Assembly (NCBI RefSeq): GCF_009914755.1
Contig: NC_060925.1
Strand: one strand, 5' to 3'
Length of the DNA: 64,000 nucleotides
Origin: the human T2T-CHM13v2.0 reference genome, Homo sapiens
In this document: in pieces, positions 32,746 to 49,364 of the stretch
How positions within the stretch are numbered: the first letter of the stretch is position 1
How the letters are laid out: each line of letters begins with the position of its first letter
Made by a program: the position numbers and the translations under genes
Notes under the pieces: model-generated
Told to the model about the DNA's origin: nothing
Databases searched by the model: none
The model's input: only the letters and a program-made list of their open reading frames with translations

Positions 32746-33633
32746 TTAACCGGCAATAAAAGGCCAAAGGGCAGAATGGGGAAGCAAAATAAAAAAGTCA
32801 CTTGCTAATCTAAAATCTGGGTAAGAGTGTAGAGTTTCTGATATATATTTTATGAATGAAAAAGAAAGGCTAAAAAATTATGACATAATTGATTTTACAG
32901 TGGGTTTATGATATAGGAATCTGAAAATCACTTCTAAAAAATGGGTCTGTTATTTGATTTTGCCTGTATTTGTTTTCCAATAAAGGACCATCATGTGATC
33001 AAAAAGACAGAAATTATCTATGTGAATAGCAGTGTTACCTGCCACATATTTGGAACTCCTTCTAACTTAACTCAAAAGCTAAGCTAGAAAAAGATAATTC
33101 TTTCTTGCTTGCTTGCCCTGGTGTATAATCCTGGTTTTTTCCATATAACTACAAAGATGTGAGAGCACCAGCCTATGGAAATCTAGTTTGAGTATCAACC
33201 CTAGTATCTTTACTGCCATTCGCCCTACAGAAGAATAGCTATATCTCACTGTTGAGAAATGGCTATTCATCAGGAGACCAAATCCCAGTTTAATAAGGCA
33301 TAATTTCTATTTAAAGGTCTGGATTTGAATGCCTACTACTCTGCCTCTTCTTTAGCTGCGTGAATGAATTTGGGTAAAGTCCCTAATCTCAGATTGTTTT
33401 ATCATCTGTAAAACAGTAATAATGAGTCATGTAGCACTTCTGTATCAGGTTGCTCGGAGTAATAAATTAGAAAACTGTGTGAAAGTGCCTATTTTAGAAT
33501 TTGGCATTTTCTAGTTTGTGACCTTGGACAAGTTATGTAAGCTATCATTTCCACATTTCTCTATCTTATTTCACAAGGTGTTGTAATAAAGATTATTTAA
33601 GCAAATATATTTTTACTAATTATGAAAAGGAAT

Positions 33634-33973
<340 letters not shown>

Positions 33974-34942
33974 TTATAAATGTTTACATCATTTAAGGTC
34001 TGCAAAAAGATGCTACTTACTGAAGATGCTCCTTCATTAGTGACTAATACATATTAGAAGTCAGCAAAAGTAATGGAAAAGCTAGGTAGAATCAAAATTA
34101 AAGAAAGAACTGCCAATCAGTTCTCCTTTCTCTTAAAACAAAACATCACTCCCTGCATGACTGTTAAAAACGGGCTAAGTAGCCCTTGTATTGTGGGAAG
34201 ATCAGAAATCTGTTTAACAAAAATGGCATACTTTCTTAAAAATAATGGTCCAAAACATTAGTTCAATTCAACAATTACTGAATACTTACAATGTACTCGA
34301 TACAAACACTTCAAATCCTGCTGTTTGAGGAACTCATCATAAAGCAGACAGACTTTTAAAAAAATCACATACAAGTGATGAGGGCAATCAACAGCATTAG
34401 CATAAACAAGGTACAAAGGAGCAAATAATTATTAGAGGTGATACCTGAGATTTCTTCTTTTGATTTGGATTTTGAAGGATGAATTAGTTTACTAGCCAGA
34501 GATAAGAAAGAACACTAAAGAATAAGGTGCAACGTATACTGAAAGGCAGGGAACCATACAATTCAGTTCTGGATTTCAAGATCTTCAAGTGCTAGAAAGG
34601 GGCCATTAAAAATGACTGTGGACAGGGAGAAAGGGCCTATTAATACAAGGCCTTGACTTTATCCCGTTGAAGGGTTTTAAGCAGGCAAGTTATATAATCA
34701 GATACGACTTTTAGAAACTCAACACTAGCTGCAGTGAAGGATGGTACAGATTGGATAAGAATGTGTAGGCAAAGATTACTGTGACAGTCCAAGTAAGAGA
34801 CGAAATTATGCTATTATGAACTAAAGTAAAACAACTCAGTCATTATCTTCCTATTACTATGTAGTAATGCTCAGTTAAATTCATTTTGTCATACTAATTT
34901 TAGCTCTGAAGCACAACTGCTTTAATAGAAAATGAAGCCTTC

Positions 34943-35283
34943 GGCCGGGAGCGGTGGCTCACGCCTGTAAATCCCAACACTTTGGGAGGCCGAGGCAGGT
35001 GGATCACCTGAGGTCAGGAGTTCAAGACCAGCCTGACCAACATGGTGAAACCCCACCTCTACAAAAACAAAAAAAACAAAAAAAACAAAACTAGCCCGGC
35101 GTGGTGGCAGGCGCCTGTAATCCCAGCTACTTGGAGGCTGAGGCAGGATAATCGCTTGAACCTGGGAGGTGGAGGTTCGCAGTGAGCTGAGATGGCGCCA
35201 TTGCACTCCAGCCTGGGCAACAAGAGCGAAATGCTGTCTCAAAAATAAAGAAAAAAAAAAGAAAAAGAAGAAAAAAAAGAAAA
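34943..35283 (+). mobile_element. AluS
   Basis: Alu dimer with TSD aaa(a/t)t(g/t)aagccttc. Confidence 0.9.
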
Positions 35284-35565
35284 TTAAGCCTTCAGTACTT
35301 TGTAGCTACAGTCACAAGAAACCATGAATTGATTTGTGTTGTTCTAATAATGCATCATAAATCTGACCACTGGATGAGATATCAGATATTTTACTTTAAA
35401 GCCTGAATAATTTATGATCTTTCACTAAAATACAGCAACTACTACTAGCTGAGCTATCAGAGACTTCATGTTAAAGCCAAATATGTATGATCTTTCTCAA
35501 AAGCAGAGCAGTAAGTATCCAAAGACCATCAAATTAGTTTGTCAATTCGCTAGATTTAATTTTCA

Positions 35566-35844
<279 letters not shown>

Positions 35845-36053
35845 TTAAGCAAGCACATTAAGAAGCACTGTGACGAACCGAGGTTCCTACGATGGACGTG
35901 GGCACATGCAACTCCCTGCCGTTCGCTTATCGTTCAGGCTGACTTTTTTTTTCTTTAAGGTTGAAAGACACATTTTTCCATCAAAATCACAATACTGTTA
36001 AGTGAAAAGCCAAAGGGTTCCCTATATGAATAAAGCTAATAACTTTTAGTTAC

Positions 36054-36180
36054 CAAAGAAGAATCCAGTCTCAGAGATACTACGCCAAGGCTGACCCCTT
36101 CAGGAGGCTGCAGCAGACACTGTCTTGGAGGCAGCACCGCAGGCACTTCGGCGTCAAAGGGAAGGGGTCTCAGGGAGAAG
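36054..36180 (-). other. C1orf52: Candidate PTC-containing (poison) cassette exon in C1orf52 intron 1
   Basis: Branch ACTAAC at 36217-36212, C-rich tract, CAG acceptor, TTG|gtaact donor; reads LLPETPSL then TGA. Confidence 0.65.
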
Positions 36181-36215
36181 CTGCAGCGGGGGGGGCGGGG
36201 GAGTCACCACTGTTA

Positions 36216-36851
<636 letters not shown>

Positions 36852-36872
36852 TTACAAATAAGCCTGCAGTCT

Positions 36873-36886
36873 GCGCCCCCTGGCGG
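36873..36886 (-). promoter_or_regulatory. CTCF core motif
   Basis: Minus strand reads CCGCCAGGGGGCGC, a close match to the CTCF core. Confidence 0.7.
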
Positions 36887-38129
36887 TTGCGCCACGCTCC
36901 TGCTCCCCCTCGGAGGGGCTGAGGCTGGAGGCGGGCCCGGCACGTTCCCAAGCAGGGGCGGGGGGGCTGCTTTTGCTCATTTCTGAGGAGCTCTGAGAAG
37001 AGACGAAGTTCTGAGCCAGGGATCCCAGCCAAACTTCCTGCATTCGATAGCATTTACCAAAGGCATAGAAGACCTAAGAATTTTGTCTTTTCGCTGTCAC
37101 TCCACTTTAGCCCTTGCCCAGAGAGGGTAGGATTTTTTCCTGATCCACTGCATCTCGTCTTCCAAATAAAAATTACTCTCAGTGTGTTTCCCTAGGTTGT
37201 CATGGAAGACCTCTAGGGGTGGTGGACTTCCCAAGCCAAGAACCAAATCATTTCCTGCTTGACCTCATTCAAGTGCGCTCTGAATAGCTTTGACAAAACT
37301 CCTCTTGGATCATAGCCTACCACTCGGGTCGTCCAAACTCTCTGGCTTCTCATTGTCAGCCTCTTCTCCGCCTGCTTTGCTCCATATGGCCCTTAAATGT
37401 TGGTGTTTCCCAACATATTGTACTATCTTTCAGTGATGCTTCTAACATTTTAAAGGGCATTACAAAGTTGCAAGTCAGCCCATCCCTTTCCACCGCATTA
37501 ACTACTTTATGCTATGATTCCCAAATCTGGGTGTCTAATCTCAATCTTTCCACCCAAACTCTAGACCCGACCACCACCTGGATCTTACATTTTCCATATG
37601 GTATCCTTCTGGGGCCTCAAACACCCACCTATTGGAACCGTAATCTGTCTTTTCATATAATTTTTCTCTGCATTTTTGTTCCTTCTTTTGGTAAATGGTG
37701 TAACCATATGCCTAGTATTCAGGGAAACTAGAACTCTTTGATTCCTTCTGGTGAACTAAATGGGAATGACACCCAAATGAAGTTGTTATCAGTGTATTTA
37801 GATTTCACTTAAGGATGCCTGCTCGTTTAGATGATACTCACACTCACACATAACTTGCCATTCCTCCCTGGAAGTAGGCTCCAGGGCAGAGTTATATAAC
37901 TATCTTGTTCACTCCCTCTTTGCTGTGGTACGATGTCTATGAGCTCCTTGAGGGGAGGAGCTGGACTGTGCTTTGCTCATTTTTAGATTCCTACTACCCA
38001 GCGCAGTGCTTGTCACAGAGCAGATGGTTAATAAATATTTTTGGATTATAATAATTTATGATGGTATGGGTCTAGATAAGTGTTTCTCGAGTTTTCCCAT
38101 CCAGGTTCCTATGTTGGCAGAGGAAAATG

Positions 38130-38610
38130 ATGGTCTCAAAGTGCAAAGTTTGGGAGTCCCCAAAACCATCCTCACTCCTGACACCAATTTCAGGTTTTGC
38201 AAAGTTCAGACTGCCCTCAGGTTGGTTTGATAATTTACTAGAAGGACTCACAGAACTCACTGCAAGTCATTATACTCATGGTTACAGTTTATTACAGCAA
38301 AATAATACAGGCGGGGGGAAAAAACCAAACAGCCAAGGGAAGAGGCACATGGTGCAGAGTTCCACATTCAAAGCTTCCAGTTGTCCTCTCCTAGTGGAAT
38401 TGTGAACAGTATGAACTTCTCGTGGCAGAGACACGTGACAGTATGCATGGAATACTGCCATCCAGAGAAACTCACCTGAGCCTTGTTGTCCAGAGTTTTT
38501 ATTGGGGCTTGGCCATATAGGCACAGTTAATTGCCCACGAGTGACCTCAGTCTCCAGTTCCTCCAGAAGCTGAGCTGATACATTGTGACCCAAAGTCCCA
38601 TGGGCATACA
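38130..38610 (-). mobile_element. MER21-family LTR
   Basis: ttgataatttactagaaggactcacagaactcactg...ttatactcatggttacagtttattacagc. Confidence 0.7.
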
Positions 38611-39529
38611 TATTTATTTTTCTTAATATAAGATCTTGAAAATGTATGGAAATTTTGCATGGTTGTGTTTAATAAAGCTCTTTTAATAGACAAAAATATT
38701 TAGACTTACTTATTACTGAGTAAAACTGACACTCTGAGTGACTTTTAAAATGGGCTCACTGTTGAATGCCTCGGAGATTGAGGTACTCAGTTTGAGCAAC
38801 ATGAGTTCTTGTTATCAAACCATCAGTGGTCTCTGTGAGACTTGGTCCAAAGACCACTTCTTACTTGACCTTTCAACAAGATAGGTGCCTTCTTGAAATG
38901 CTTTTCTCTTGCCTTTCACTAGATCATACACTTTAGTTCTCTTCCTATTTCACAGGGCCCTTTTCAGTTTTCTCTGTTGTCTTCTCTGTATCACCTCTAG
39001 ATGCAGAAGCACCTCAGGCTCAGTTCTGAGCCTTCCTCTCTTTTTTGTCTACCCTCCATTTCAAGGCAAACTCACCAAGTTCCAAGGTTTTAAATATTAG
39101 TTTATGCTAATAACTCCCACATTTACGTAACTGGTCCACAAGTCTTCCTGAACACCAAACTCCTGCATGCAATTTCCTACTTCAATGTCTCAGAAGCTCC
39201 TCAAACTTAGCATTTTTGTAGCAGATTGTCTACAAAGATGCTGCCAATAATTCCTCTTGTCTCATGTTTCCTAATGATTTGAGTCAGGTTATGAATCTTT
39301 GGCAAGAATATTATGAAAGTGGTATTACAGTCTTCTCATTGTCTTCTATCAGAAGGCACATGATTTCAGTTTGTCGTGGCACTGATGATTTTACCTTTGA
39401 TTTCTTGTTTAAGGTTGTATCTGCCAGGCTTCTCCACTGTAGTTACTTTTTTCCTCCTTTGTAAATAAGTATTTTTGTAAGGAGGTATTTAAAGACCATG
39501 TCAACATCACATTCTGCTTCAAATTATTT

Positions 39530-39820
<291 letters not shown>

Positions 39821-41415
39821 TTCATTTATTTATATTAGCATTGACCCATGGCTTATCAAATGAGTTATAATCCATTATTATTTATTTTGATGTTGAAATT
39901 GTCTCTGATTTGGCCAATGGGAGCCCCTTCAAGCAGGCTTCTGTGTCCTTTGGACATGTCCTCCTCAAGATTCTTTGATCACTTGTCTGCTTCCTGGAAC
40001 AAGATGTTTCAGGCTCATCTTATACTTTGCCTTGGAATTAGCCATTTCCAAGGAACTTTGATTCCTTTTAATGGAGAATGGGTATTTAGAAGCCAAGGTC
40101 TCGGTGCTAGGTGAGCTCATTGCTAATAAGGTGTTAATGTTTCCAGGTTCTCTCACTAATTCATTCCCACCTCAGGGCTTCTGACCTCAATGTTACTTCT
40201 GCCTGGAACTCTTCCCTCTAGAACTTCCCATGGCTGGCTCCTTTTTTATGAGTTAGGTCTCTGCTCAAAGCCTCACCTGCTCTGAGAAGCCTTCTACAAT
40301 AATACTATCAAGTATCTTTCAAGTTACTTTTTAACTCATGCCTTATTTTGTCTCCATGGTAACTAGAATTATCTTAGTTTTCTTTATTTTTGGACTCTCT
40401 CCCACAATGAAAACATGAGTTGTATGAGAACACAGGCTTAAGAATCAAACAGCCCTGGATTTTAATCCTAAAGAGCTGTGTGATTTTAAATCATTGACTT
40501 TATTTTGAGTTTTGTTTCTCAACTGTAAAAAAAAAAAAGTGACAATAAAACCTTCCTTGCAGGGTTATTAGGATTAAAAAACAAGAAACAAGATCACACA
40601 TGCGGAAACACTAAACTCATTATTTGGCATCTAGTAAGGCTGTGGATTCCAAATTTTGTTGCCACTGAAAATCACCTGGAAATCTGATGCCTGGCTTCCA
40701 CAACCAAACATTGTGATTTATTGGGTATGGGGTACAGCCTGGAGATAGGGATCTTTAAGCACTCCCCAGTTGATTGTAAAATGGACAGCAAAATTTGGGA
40801 ACCATTGCAATAAAGAACTATTTCTGGTAATTAAATAGTATGGCAAGTTCAGCATGATTTTAGCAGCAGCACTCAAGTTTTTTTATATATTATCTATCCT
40901 TAAGTTCAGCTCTCCTTTCAGAAAGCCCTCATAAGATTACATTTAAAAACTTTAGATCAGTTTGCTTCTTGGTTTGCTTTTTCTCCAAAGTCAACAGTGG
41001 ACATATTTATCCAGTGATACAATATAAGACTAGAGTGTGAAACTTCCACCTCCTTTTTACATTGCTTAGGTAAAAAGATGGTAGCTGTAAGACTTGATTT
41101 CTACCTCATACCATACACAAAAATTACTTTGAAATGGATCATAGAGCTAAATGAGGAACTAAAACAACTTCTAGAAGAAAGCATAGAATATCATCAGGAT
41201 GTTGAGATGGGAAAAATTTCTTAAACAAGAGACAAAAATCACTAGCCATGAGAAAAAGTGTGATAAATTGGATTTAAAATAAAAAACTATTTATGAAAAC
41301 AAATAAACAAAAAACTGCCATTATCCTGGCCTGCCCCTATTTTACCAGTGTTTGACATTGCACACAATGAGTGACATGCTGACTAAAGACGAATCACCTC
41401 TTCAAAAGTGAACTC

Positions 41416-41532
41416 TCGCTCTCCAGCAAGTAGTGAATTATCTCAATTGATTGTTCAGTCACAGACAGAACTCCTTGCTCTACTCTTTCTCCCCCTCTCA
41501 CTAGTGAACTTGGCAAGTTTTTAAAAGTAAAC
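41416..41532 (+). pseudogene. Y1 RNA (RNY1) retropseudogene
   Basis: GTAGTGAATTATCTCAATTGATTGTTCA...GAACTCCTTGCTCTACTCTTT...CTCACTA resembles hY1; A-rich tail; 11-bp TSD AAAGTGAACTC at 41405-41415 and 41533-41543. Confidence 0.88.
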
Positions 41533-41539
41533 AAAGTGA

Positions 41540-42680
<1,141 letters not shown>

Positions 42681-42912
42681 ATATACATATACATAAAAAT
42701 GAACTAACGTGTTTTTGTATTATGATAATATGGTATCCCTGAAAAGCAACTTTTTCACTGCTGCATTAATGAACTTAGTTAACAAATTGCATCCTGTCAA
42801 GTCATCCTAAATTACACACTTTTGGCAATGGCTAGTTTTCAGGGCTAAAAGGAAAAAAAATGACTTTGTAGAAGTCAAAAACCCACAAACCTAGCTTTAT
42901 GCAAAGCTTAAT

Positions 42913-42918
42913 TTTATT
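42913..42918 (-). terminator. BCL10 distal polyadenylation signal AATAAA
   Basis: tttatt on + strand, with GU-rich downstream element at about 42877-42890. Confidence 0.75.
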
Positions 42919-43708
42919 GTCTATGTAGTTAGAAAACAGTCTGAAAGAAAACTCAGTGTTAAAACTTATCTATATATAGGTGTTATTGTATATCTAAATT
43001 ATAATCTTTGATTCAATTTTTAAAAAGGTGTCCACAAATTTAATTTTAAAGTCTGCTTCTGCTTTTTAAAGCACCTTCCTTAAATGTAACCTATTTTCTT
43101 TCTAACACCACTATTTTTGCTATGCATTGGAGGTGAAACATTTCTCTATAATCCTTAGAAAGTGCTTATACTAAAAAAAATCCAATCTTTAAAAATTTTT
43201 AAAGCTAATATGCCAATCTTCTTCATGTCGGATAAATTCATCAGTCCATCCAGAAATGCAACTCAATCTCACAACCTGAAGTAATGTTTTCTATAGATAA
43301 TGGCACGTATTAAAAAAAGTTTTAGATACTTCCTACTGAAAATTTGGAACTCCAAAATAGCACTCACTACTTTAAAAAAATTTTATTGTTGATAGCAAAA
43401 TTTCCATTTCTATGTTTTTGCAATTAATAATAGAAATATATAGGAGACAATGTCAGGAAACAGATAAAATTGTAATTTAAATAAAAACAAACAGTGAGAG
43501 CGTAAGATTTATAAACATGTAAAATTAGTCAAATTTTGTTTTACAACAAAAAGACAAATCTGGCTAATGGCCCACTTGTTCAAATAGCATTAAAAACAGA
43601 ATTGTCACACACACCAAAAATAATTTGTTCCAGTTATTTCAACTGTACATTGGTCCTCATTAAAAGAGAATGAAAAGTACAGAGAAAATATTTTTTAAAA
43701 ATCTCATC

Positions 43709-44030
43709 AGGCTAGGTGAGGTGGCTCGTGTCTGTAATCCCAGCACTTTGGGAGGCCACGCTGGGTAGGTTGCTTGAGTCCAGGAGTTCAAGACCAGCCT
43801 GGCCAACATGGCAAAACACCGTCTCTACAAAAATAATACAAAAATTAGTGAGGCATGGTGGCACACACTTGTAGTCTCAGCTATATTACTTGAGAGGCTG
43901 AGGTGAGAGGATCACGTAAGCATGGGAGGCAGAAGTTGCAGTGAGCCTAGAATGCGCCACTGCACTCCAGCCTGGGCGATAGAGCAAGACTGTCTCAAAA
44001 AAAAAAAAAAAAAAAAAGAAAAAAGGAAAA
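43709..44030 (+). mobile_element. AluJ in the BCL10 3' UTR (antisense to the mRNA)
   Basis: Alu dimer with poly-A and TSD-like ctcatca flanks. Confidence 0.9.
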
Positions 44031-44745
44031 AATACCTCATCAAATTACATGTAATAACTGAGGTTTAGGCCAAGATATTTTTCTTTAGGAATGAAAATGA
44101 TTAAGCCAAGAATGTGAAAATCCTAACAAAGTAGTATAATTAGTAAGGTTAATTAGAAATGAATTTTGGCAAACCGAGATCTTAGGTGGCTCACACTCCA
44201 TCAAGTGTTCCTCCAGTATCAAAAAGAGGCTGTTTACATGCCTATACGACAATGGAGTGGAAAAGAGATTTTTATTTTTCTATATTGGCAGTTTTCCCAT
44301 CAGTGACCGGTTTTATTACTGAACAGGAACAGCTTAATGCTGAAAATTTGCTGCTGAATGACTGGCAAAGACTATTCGACTCTTGAAAATTTCTAGCACA
44401 AATGCACTGAGGAAAAAACGTTCTTCCTAGTAAGGGTCTATTCTCAAATAGAGATATATTCCCTATTAAAATCAGTCTTAAAATAGAAAATATTTAAAAA
44501 AGTACTGAAAGACCTTAAAAAGGAAAAAAAGAAATTACTAAAAAGTACATGATCAACATGATTTACAGTTAGCTATCCTAGAAGTATGCTTTTTTAATTC
44601 TAAAAATCCTATTTACAAAGTATGCTTACATTGCATTTTAAAAGACATGCATCAAATGTAAACAAATGATTACAGCCATTTTATAAAAAGTCATATTCTT
44701 TAAAACATTTTTTGTCATCATTAAAAATTAAAAGGCAATAAAGTG

Positions 44746-45101
44746 TCATTGTCGTGAAACAGTACGTGATCTTAAGGGAAGAAACATCTCACTAGAGTTT
44801 GCACAAGTTCCTTCTTCTTCTAACTGTAGATCTGGTGGCAAAGGAGGAGCCCCTGGGTCCCCAGGTCTGGGAAGTGTAGTTGAAGAGAAGATGGTATTTT
44901 CAGTTCTGCCTACTTCTAGAACAGGCAAATTCAGAGAAGAATTAGTAGAAAAAAAGGGCGTCGTGCTGGATTCTCCTTCTGGATGGTACATGACAGTGGA
45001 TGCCCTCAGTTTTTCAGAGAAATTACTCTCATCTGAATTTGATCTGGAGAGGTTGTTCGTGGCTCCATCTGGAAAAGGTTCACAACTGCTACATTTTAGT
45101 C
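44746..45101 (-). CDS. BCL10: BCL10 coding exon 3 (Ser/Thr-rich C-terminus, GLKCSSCEPFPDG...LPLRSRTVSRQ*)
   Basis: Acceptor tttattgtag|GA; TGA at 44748-44746; 57+289+356=702 nt = 233 aa plus stop; contains the LRSR MALT1 cleavage motif. Confidence 0.98.
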
Positions 45102-45606
45102 CTACAATAAAATTATTCAGATGTAAATGAAAAAGTAACTAAAAAAATGGAGTCACTGTCCATCTTGTGACTTGTTAAAGATTACAAGCTAGTTACCCCA
45201 CAATCAAAATTTAAATAGCAACTTGTAATTTCCGTCATAATCTATTTCAAATCTAATTTGCTTTTCTCAACAACCATGAAGTATACTATTATTTGCATTT
45301 TCTATATAACAAAATAGTCTCGTGGAAGTTAAACGACATGCTGTAATTCTCATTTAAGGTACAGTGTACATATAAACTTAACCACCTAAAATTTTTTATA
45401 AAATAAGAAATAGCTTTCACAATAAATATTCTTTAGTATTCTGGTACAAAAAATATTAGCTAATAAAAAAATGTAAACGGCAGATGCTAAAATTCTATCT
45501 GTTGATCAATGACAATGGCTAATTCTTGAATAATAGGATATTAGAACTAAAAGGAATTTTAGAGGTCACCTAGGATAGTCTCTTATTATTAAAGACGAGA
45601 AAAAAG

Positions 45607-45934
<328 letters not shown>

Positions 45935-46050
45935 TCATGTCCAACATTCCAGGACTACTTTGTGGGAAAGTGAGAACTACAATTCAATAGATAATGTCCT
46001 GTTTCTCAACCTCACAGTTTACTCAAATGACAGTGGTTGTTCCCATTAGC

Positions 46051-46412
46051 TGTGGTACGAATGTATCCGCCAAAAGTTCACATGTTGGAAACTTGGTTGC
46101 CACTGCAGCAGTGTTAGGAGCTGAGGCCTTTGGGAGGCAACAGGGTCATGAGGGCTCTGCCCTGGACTAATGCCATTATCACGGGAATGGGTTAGTTATT
46201 TTGGGAGTTCGACTCCTTTTTCTTCTCTTTCACACTCTTGCCCTCCCTTGCTCTTCCATCTTCTGCCCTTCCACCATGCATGACCCTTGCCAGATGCTGG
46301 CGCCATGGTCTTGGACTTAACCAGCCTCCAGAACTGTAAGAAATGAATACATTTCTTTTCTTTAAAAGTTACCCAGTCTCAGGTATTGCTACAGCAGAAA
46401 ACAACTTAGATA
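46051..46412 (+). mobile_element. MaLR (MST/MLT1A-like) solo LTR in BCL10 intron 2
   Basis: ccagatgctggcgccatggtcttggactt...cagcctccagaactgtaagaaat...ttacccagtctcaggtatt. Confidence 0.75.
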
Positions 46413-47389
46413 CCATCAAAGAATTTTATGATATCCAAAGGGTATAGTTAACCATTATCCAGAGGATTGAAAGAATAAACACAAACACAATTTACCCTTC
46501 TGTTAGGCTTAGCAAATATTCAACCTACAGGCACAGAAACCCTGAGTTGACAATTTTTAGGCAAAACCTGCATAGTCTATAAAGGGCACTTACATGTCAC
46601 TTCTTCCACTAGTTTTTCAACCTCACAGTACAGTCAGCATGTCTATTCCATGCTATACAAACTACTTTCTTAGATATGGCTCAAAAGGGAAAACTTGTAA
46701 TGTGTCCCAGCAAGGGGACACTTATAGACTATGAGTTCCTTAAGGGCAGAGCCCTAAATTATTCTTTTCTGTATCCCTAATGCCTAGAAGAGCTGTAGAA
46801 CATCACATGCACATTTATGTGCTCTGGAGAGAGACAGTGAGGAACAGAGGCAGGAGGGGGTTGGGGATTTAAATTGTGTAGGCAATTCCACACAATATTC
46901 CAATCAGTGAGTGTATATTCTGGAGTGAGAGTGAAATGGGACAGGTGAATCTGCTATTCTCTTAATCTGTTTCCATGCTTTCACATCTTGCCAGACTAGT
47001 TTAAAGTCATGAATATTTTATGCAACGTGATTCCTATAAACATATGCCAATTACTTCATCTTGTGATCAACTGGTGATCATAAGAAAAACTAGCAGAGTT
47101 GGACTTTTACAATACTTTGCCTAAATACTGTTCTTTATGTGTGATGTACAGTATTTTCAGAGCTTACTCTTGAATAGATTAACTTTACATTCTACTGACT
47201 TTAGAAACAAATCCTTATGTATGCAGGGATTTCATAATAGTTTTCTATAAATGGTATTAAATGAATACAAATACAGGATATTGAGAGATATTCCACTTTT
47301 TCAATGTAATAGTGTCAAATAAGGTAAAATAAGTGCAAATTGAATATAATTTTGAAGTTTAAACTTTTTGAAAGCAAAATGATCATTTC

Positions 47390-47671
47390 TGTTTTTGTTT
47401 TGCTTTTCTGAGACAGGGTCTTGCTCTGTTGCCCAGACTGGAGTGCAGTAGCACAATCATGGCTCACTATAGCCTCAATGTCCCAGGCTTAAGTGATCCT
47501 CCCACCTCAGCCTCCTGAGTAGCTGGAAACACAGGTATGCACCATCATGCCTGGCTAATTTTTTAATTTTTTGTAGAGACAAAGTCTCGCTATGTTGCCC
47601 AGGCTGGTCTCAAAACTCCTGACCTCAAGCAATCCTCCTGCCTTGGCCTCCTAAAGTGCAGGCACCTGGCC
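47390..47671 (-). mobile_element. AluJ in BCL10 intron 2
   Basis: Antisense Alu dimer. Confidence 0.88.
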
Positions 47672-47736
47672 TGCTCTGCATTTTTTAAAAGCATTATTAC
47701 ATTTAAATTAGCTCTTAGATAATTAAGATATCTTAC

Positions 47737-48025
47737 CTTTCAGATGTTCTAGTTTTATATTTCTAAGTTTCAGCACTTCATCTGTAATCTTCTGTATCAG
47801 GAAGTTCTGTGTTTTTTCTCGCCGAATAGATTCAACAAGGGTGTCCAGACCTTTTGGGTTTTCCTGTAAGTAGTCTAACAATTTTCCAGCCCTTTTTCTA
47901 CTTGATGTTCGACAAGAAATTTCTTCAGTGTCTTCTCTACTGAGTATTTTTTTTGCACGTAGATGATCAAAATGTCTCTCAGCTATGATTTTCTCACACA
48001 GGTATACACGTAAATTTTCTAAGGC
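47737..48025 (-). CDS. BCL10: BCL10 coding exon 2 (CARD domain, ALENLRVYLCEKIIAERHFDHLRAKK...LEHLK)
   Basis: Acceptor ttttatgtcttttag|GCC, donor AAAG|gtaag; 289 nt and in phase with exons 1 and 3; absent from the ORF track. Confidence 0.98.
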
Positions 48026-49364
48026 CTAAAAGACATAAAATATGGTTCAATGTTATTTTTAACATCTAAGAAAATCACATACGTGACTATTAGTTGGCAG
48101 TCTTAGCTGGTGTGAGACAATGTTCTAAAGTCAGGAGGCTCAGGCCTTCTAAAATGCATGCTAATTAAGATGAAAGTCCAAGTAGACACAAGTAGGTCCT
48201 AGACATTCCTCACTGCTTTGATCTCACCTTCAAACCTAAAAACCAAGACCAGGCTGTTGTGAAGAGGGACCAGCTGAATCTAGAGGGCCTGGGTCCTTGG
48301 AAACAGGGAGGTCTGTTGAGGGCCATCTTCGGGAGTAAAGATGAGGGCAAACACTACTGTACATTTTAGCTATCAGTTGGCAAGGAATGCAGAATTAGTC
48401 AGGACCAATAACTTAGTGAGAGGTCTCACAGTCTGTAACTTTCTCATGTTTGTTATTAATTACTCCATTTCCTTAAACTGTTAAAGACAAAAAACAAAAC
48501 CCTAAACTGAAAGAGCCCATAATGTATCTGTCTTTGGGGTCAGCTGGAAAGACTACACTCTAACTCAGTGAATCAGTCTTGGTGGAAGGGAGATGGAAAG
48601 ATGTGTGGGGAATAGGGAGTGTTCGAAAAATGAAAGAAATAAAGAAAAAGGACACCACAAAAAAGCAAACCTAGATTTGAGAAGTGCCTAAGAGCTTAAT
48701 TAGTAGAAAATCCATGTTGATCTCAATAAATGGCATTAATAATTTGGTACCGGTGACTGTATTTTAGCTCCTCTATTTACTAGATATATGATCTTGGGCA
48801 AGTAATTAACTCCTCTGTGCTTGTTTCCTCAGCTGACTGTTATATGAGGAATAAAGATATGCAAAGTGCTTAGAAAAGCGCTTGGTACATAGTAAGTGAT
48901 CAATATATGTTAGTAATAATGACAAAGGTAATGGCAGGAAAGTAGGCTAGGTGAAGGGTTCCTGTGGTTCTTGGTCTACGAAGTTCCACATTTACTTGTT
49001 TATTCACATGACAAGTATTTTACAAATCTAAATTCCTAATATGCCGAGTGCTGAGCACTGAGTATACAAAGATGAACAAGATTTGAATCCTACATGCAAA
49101 GGGCTCATGGTCTAGCTGGGAATACATATCACAGGTAATAATTATAAAACAATGTGATCGGGCCCAGAAAAAAAAGATTATAGGTCAAATACAGGAAAAG
49201 CACAGAGTGAGCAAATAACTATGTCCAGGACCTGGTCCTTATCATATCTGGCATGGACTATTAACAATAGAAACCTAGCTGCACTTACTACTTCCTTCCC
49301 CCTCCTCAACATTTCTCCTTCAGGAGAAAATGGAAATCTGGAGTATTATATGAATTTTACTAAA

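Larger units (their letters stand above)
42890..44745 (-). other. BCL10: BCL10 3' UTR (long form, contains an antisense Alu)
   Basis: Runs from the stop codon to AATAAA at 42918-42913, which is followed by a GU-rich element (gtttgtgggttttt); 3' end is approximate. Confidence 0.75.
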
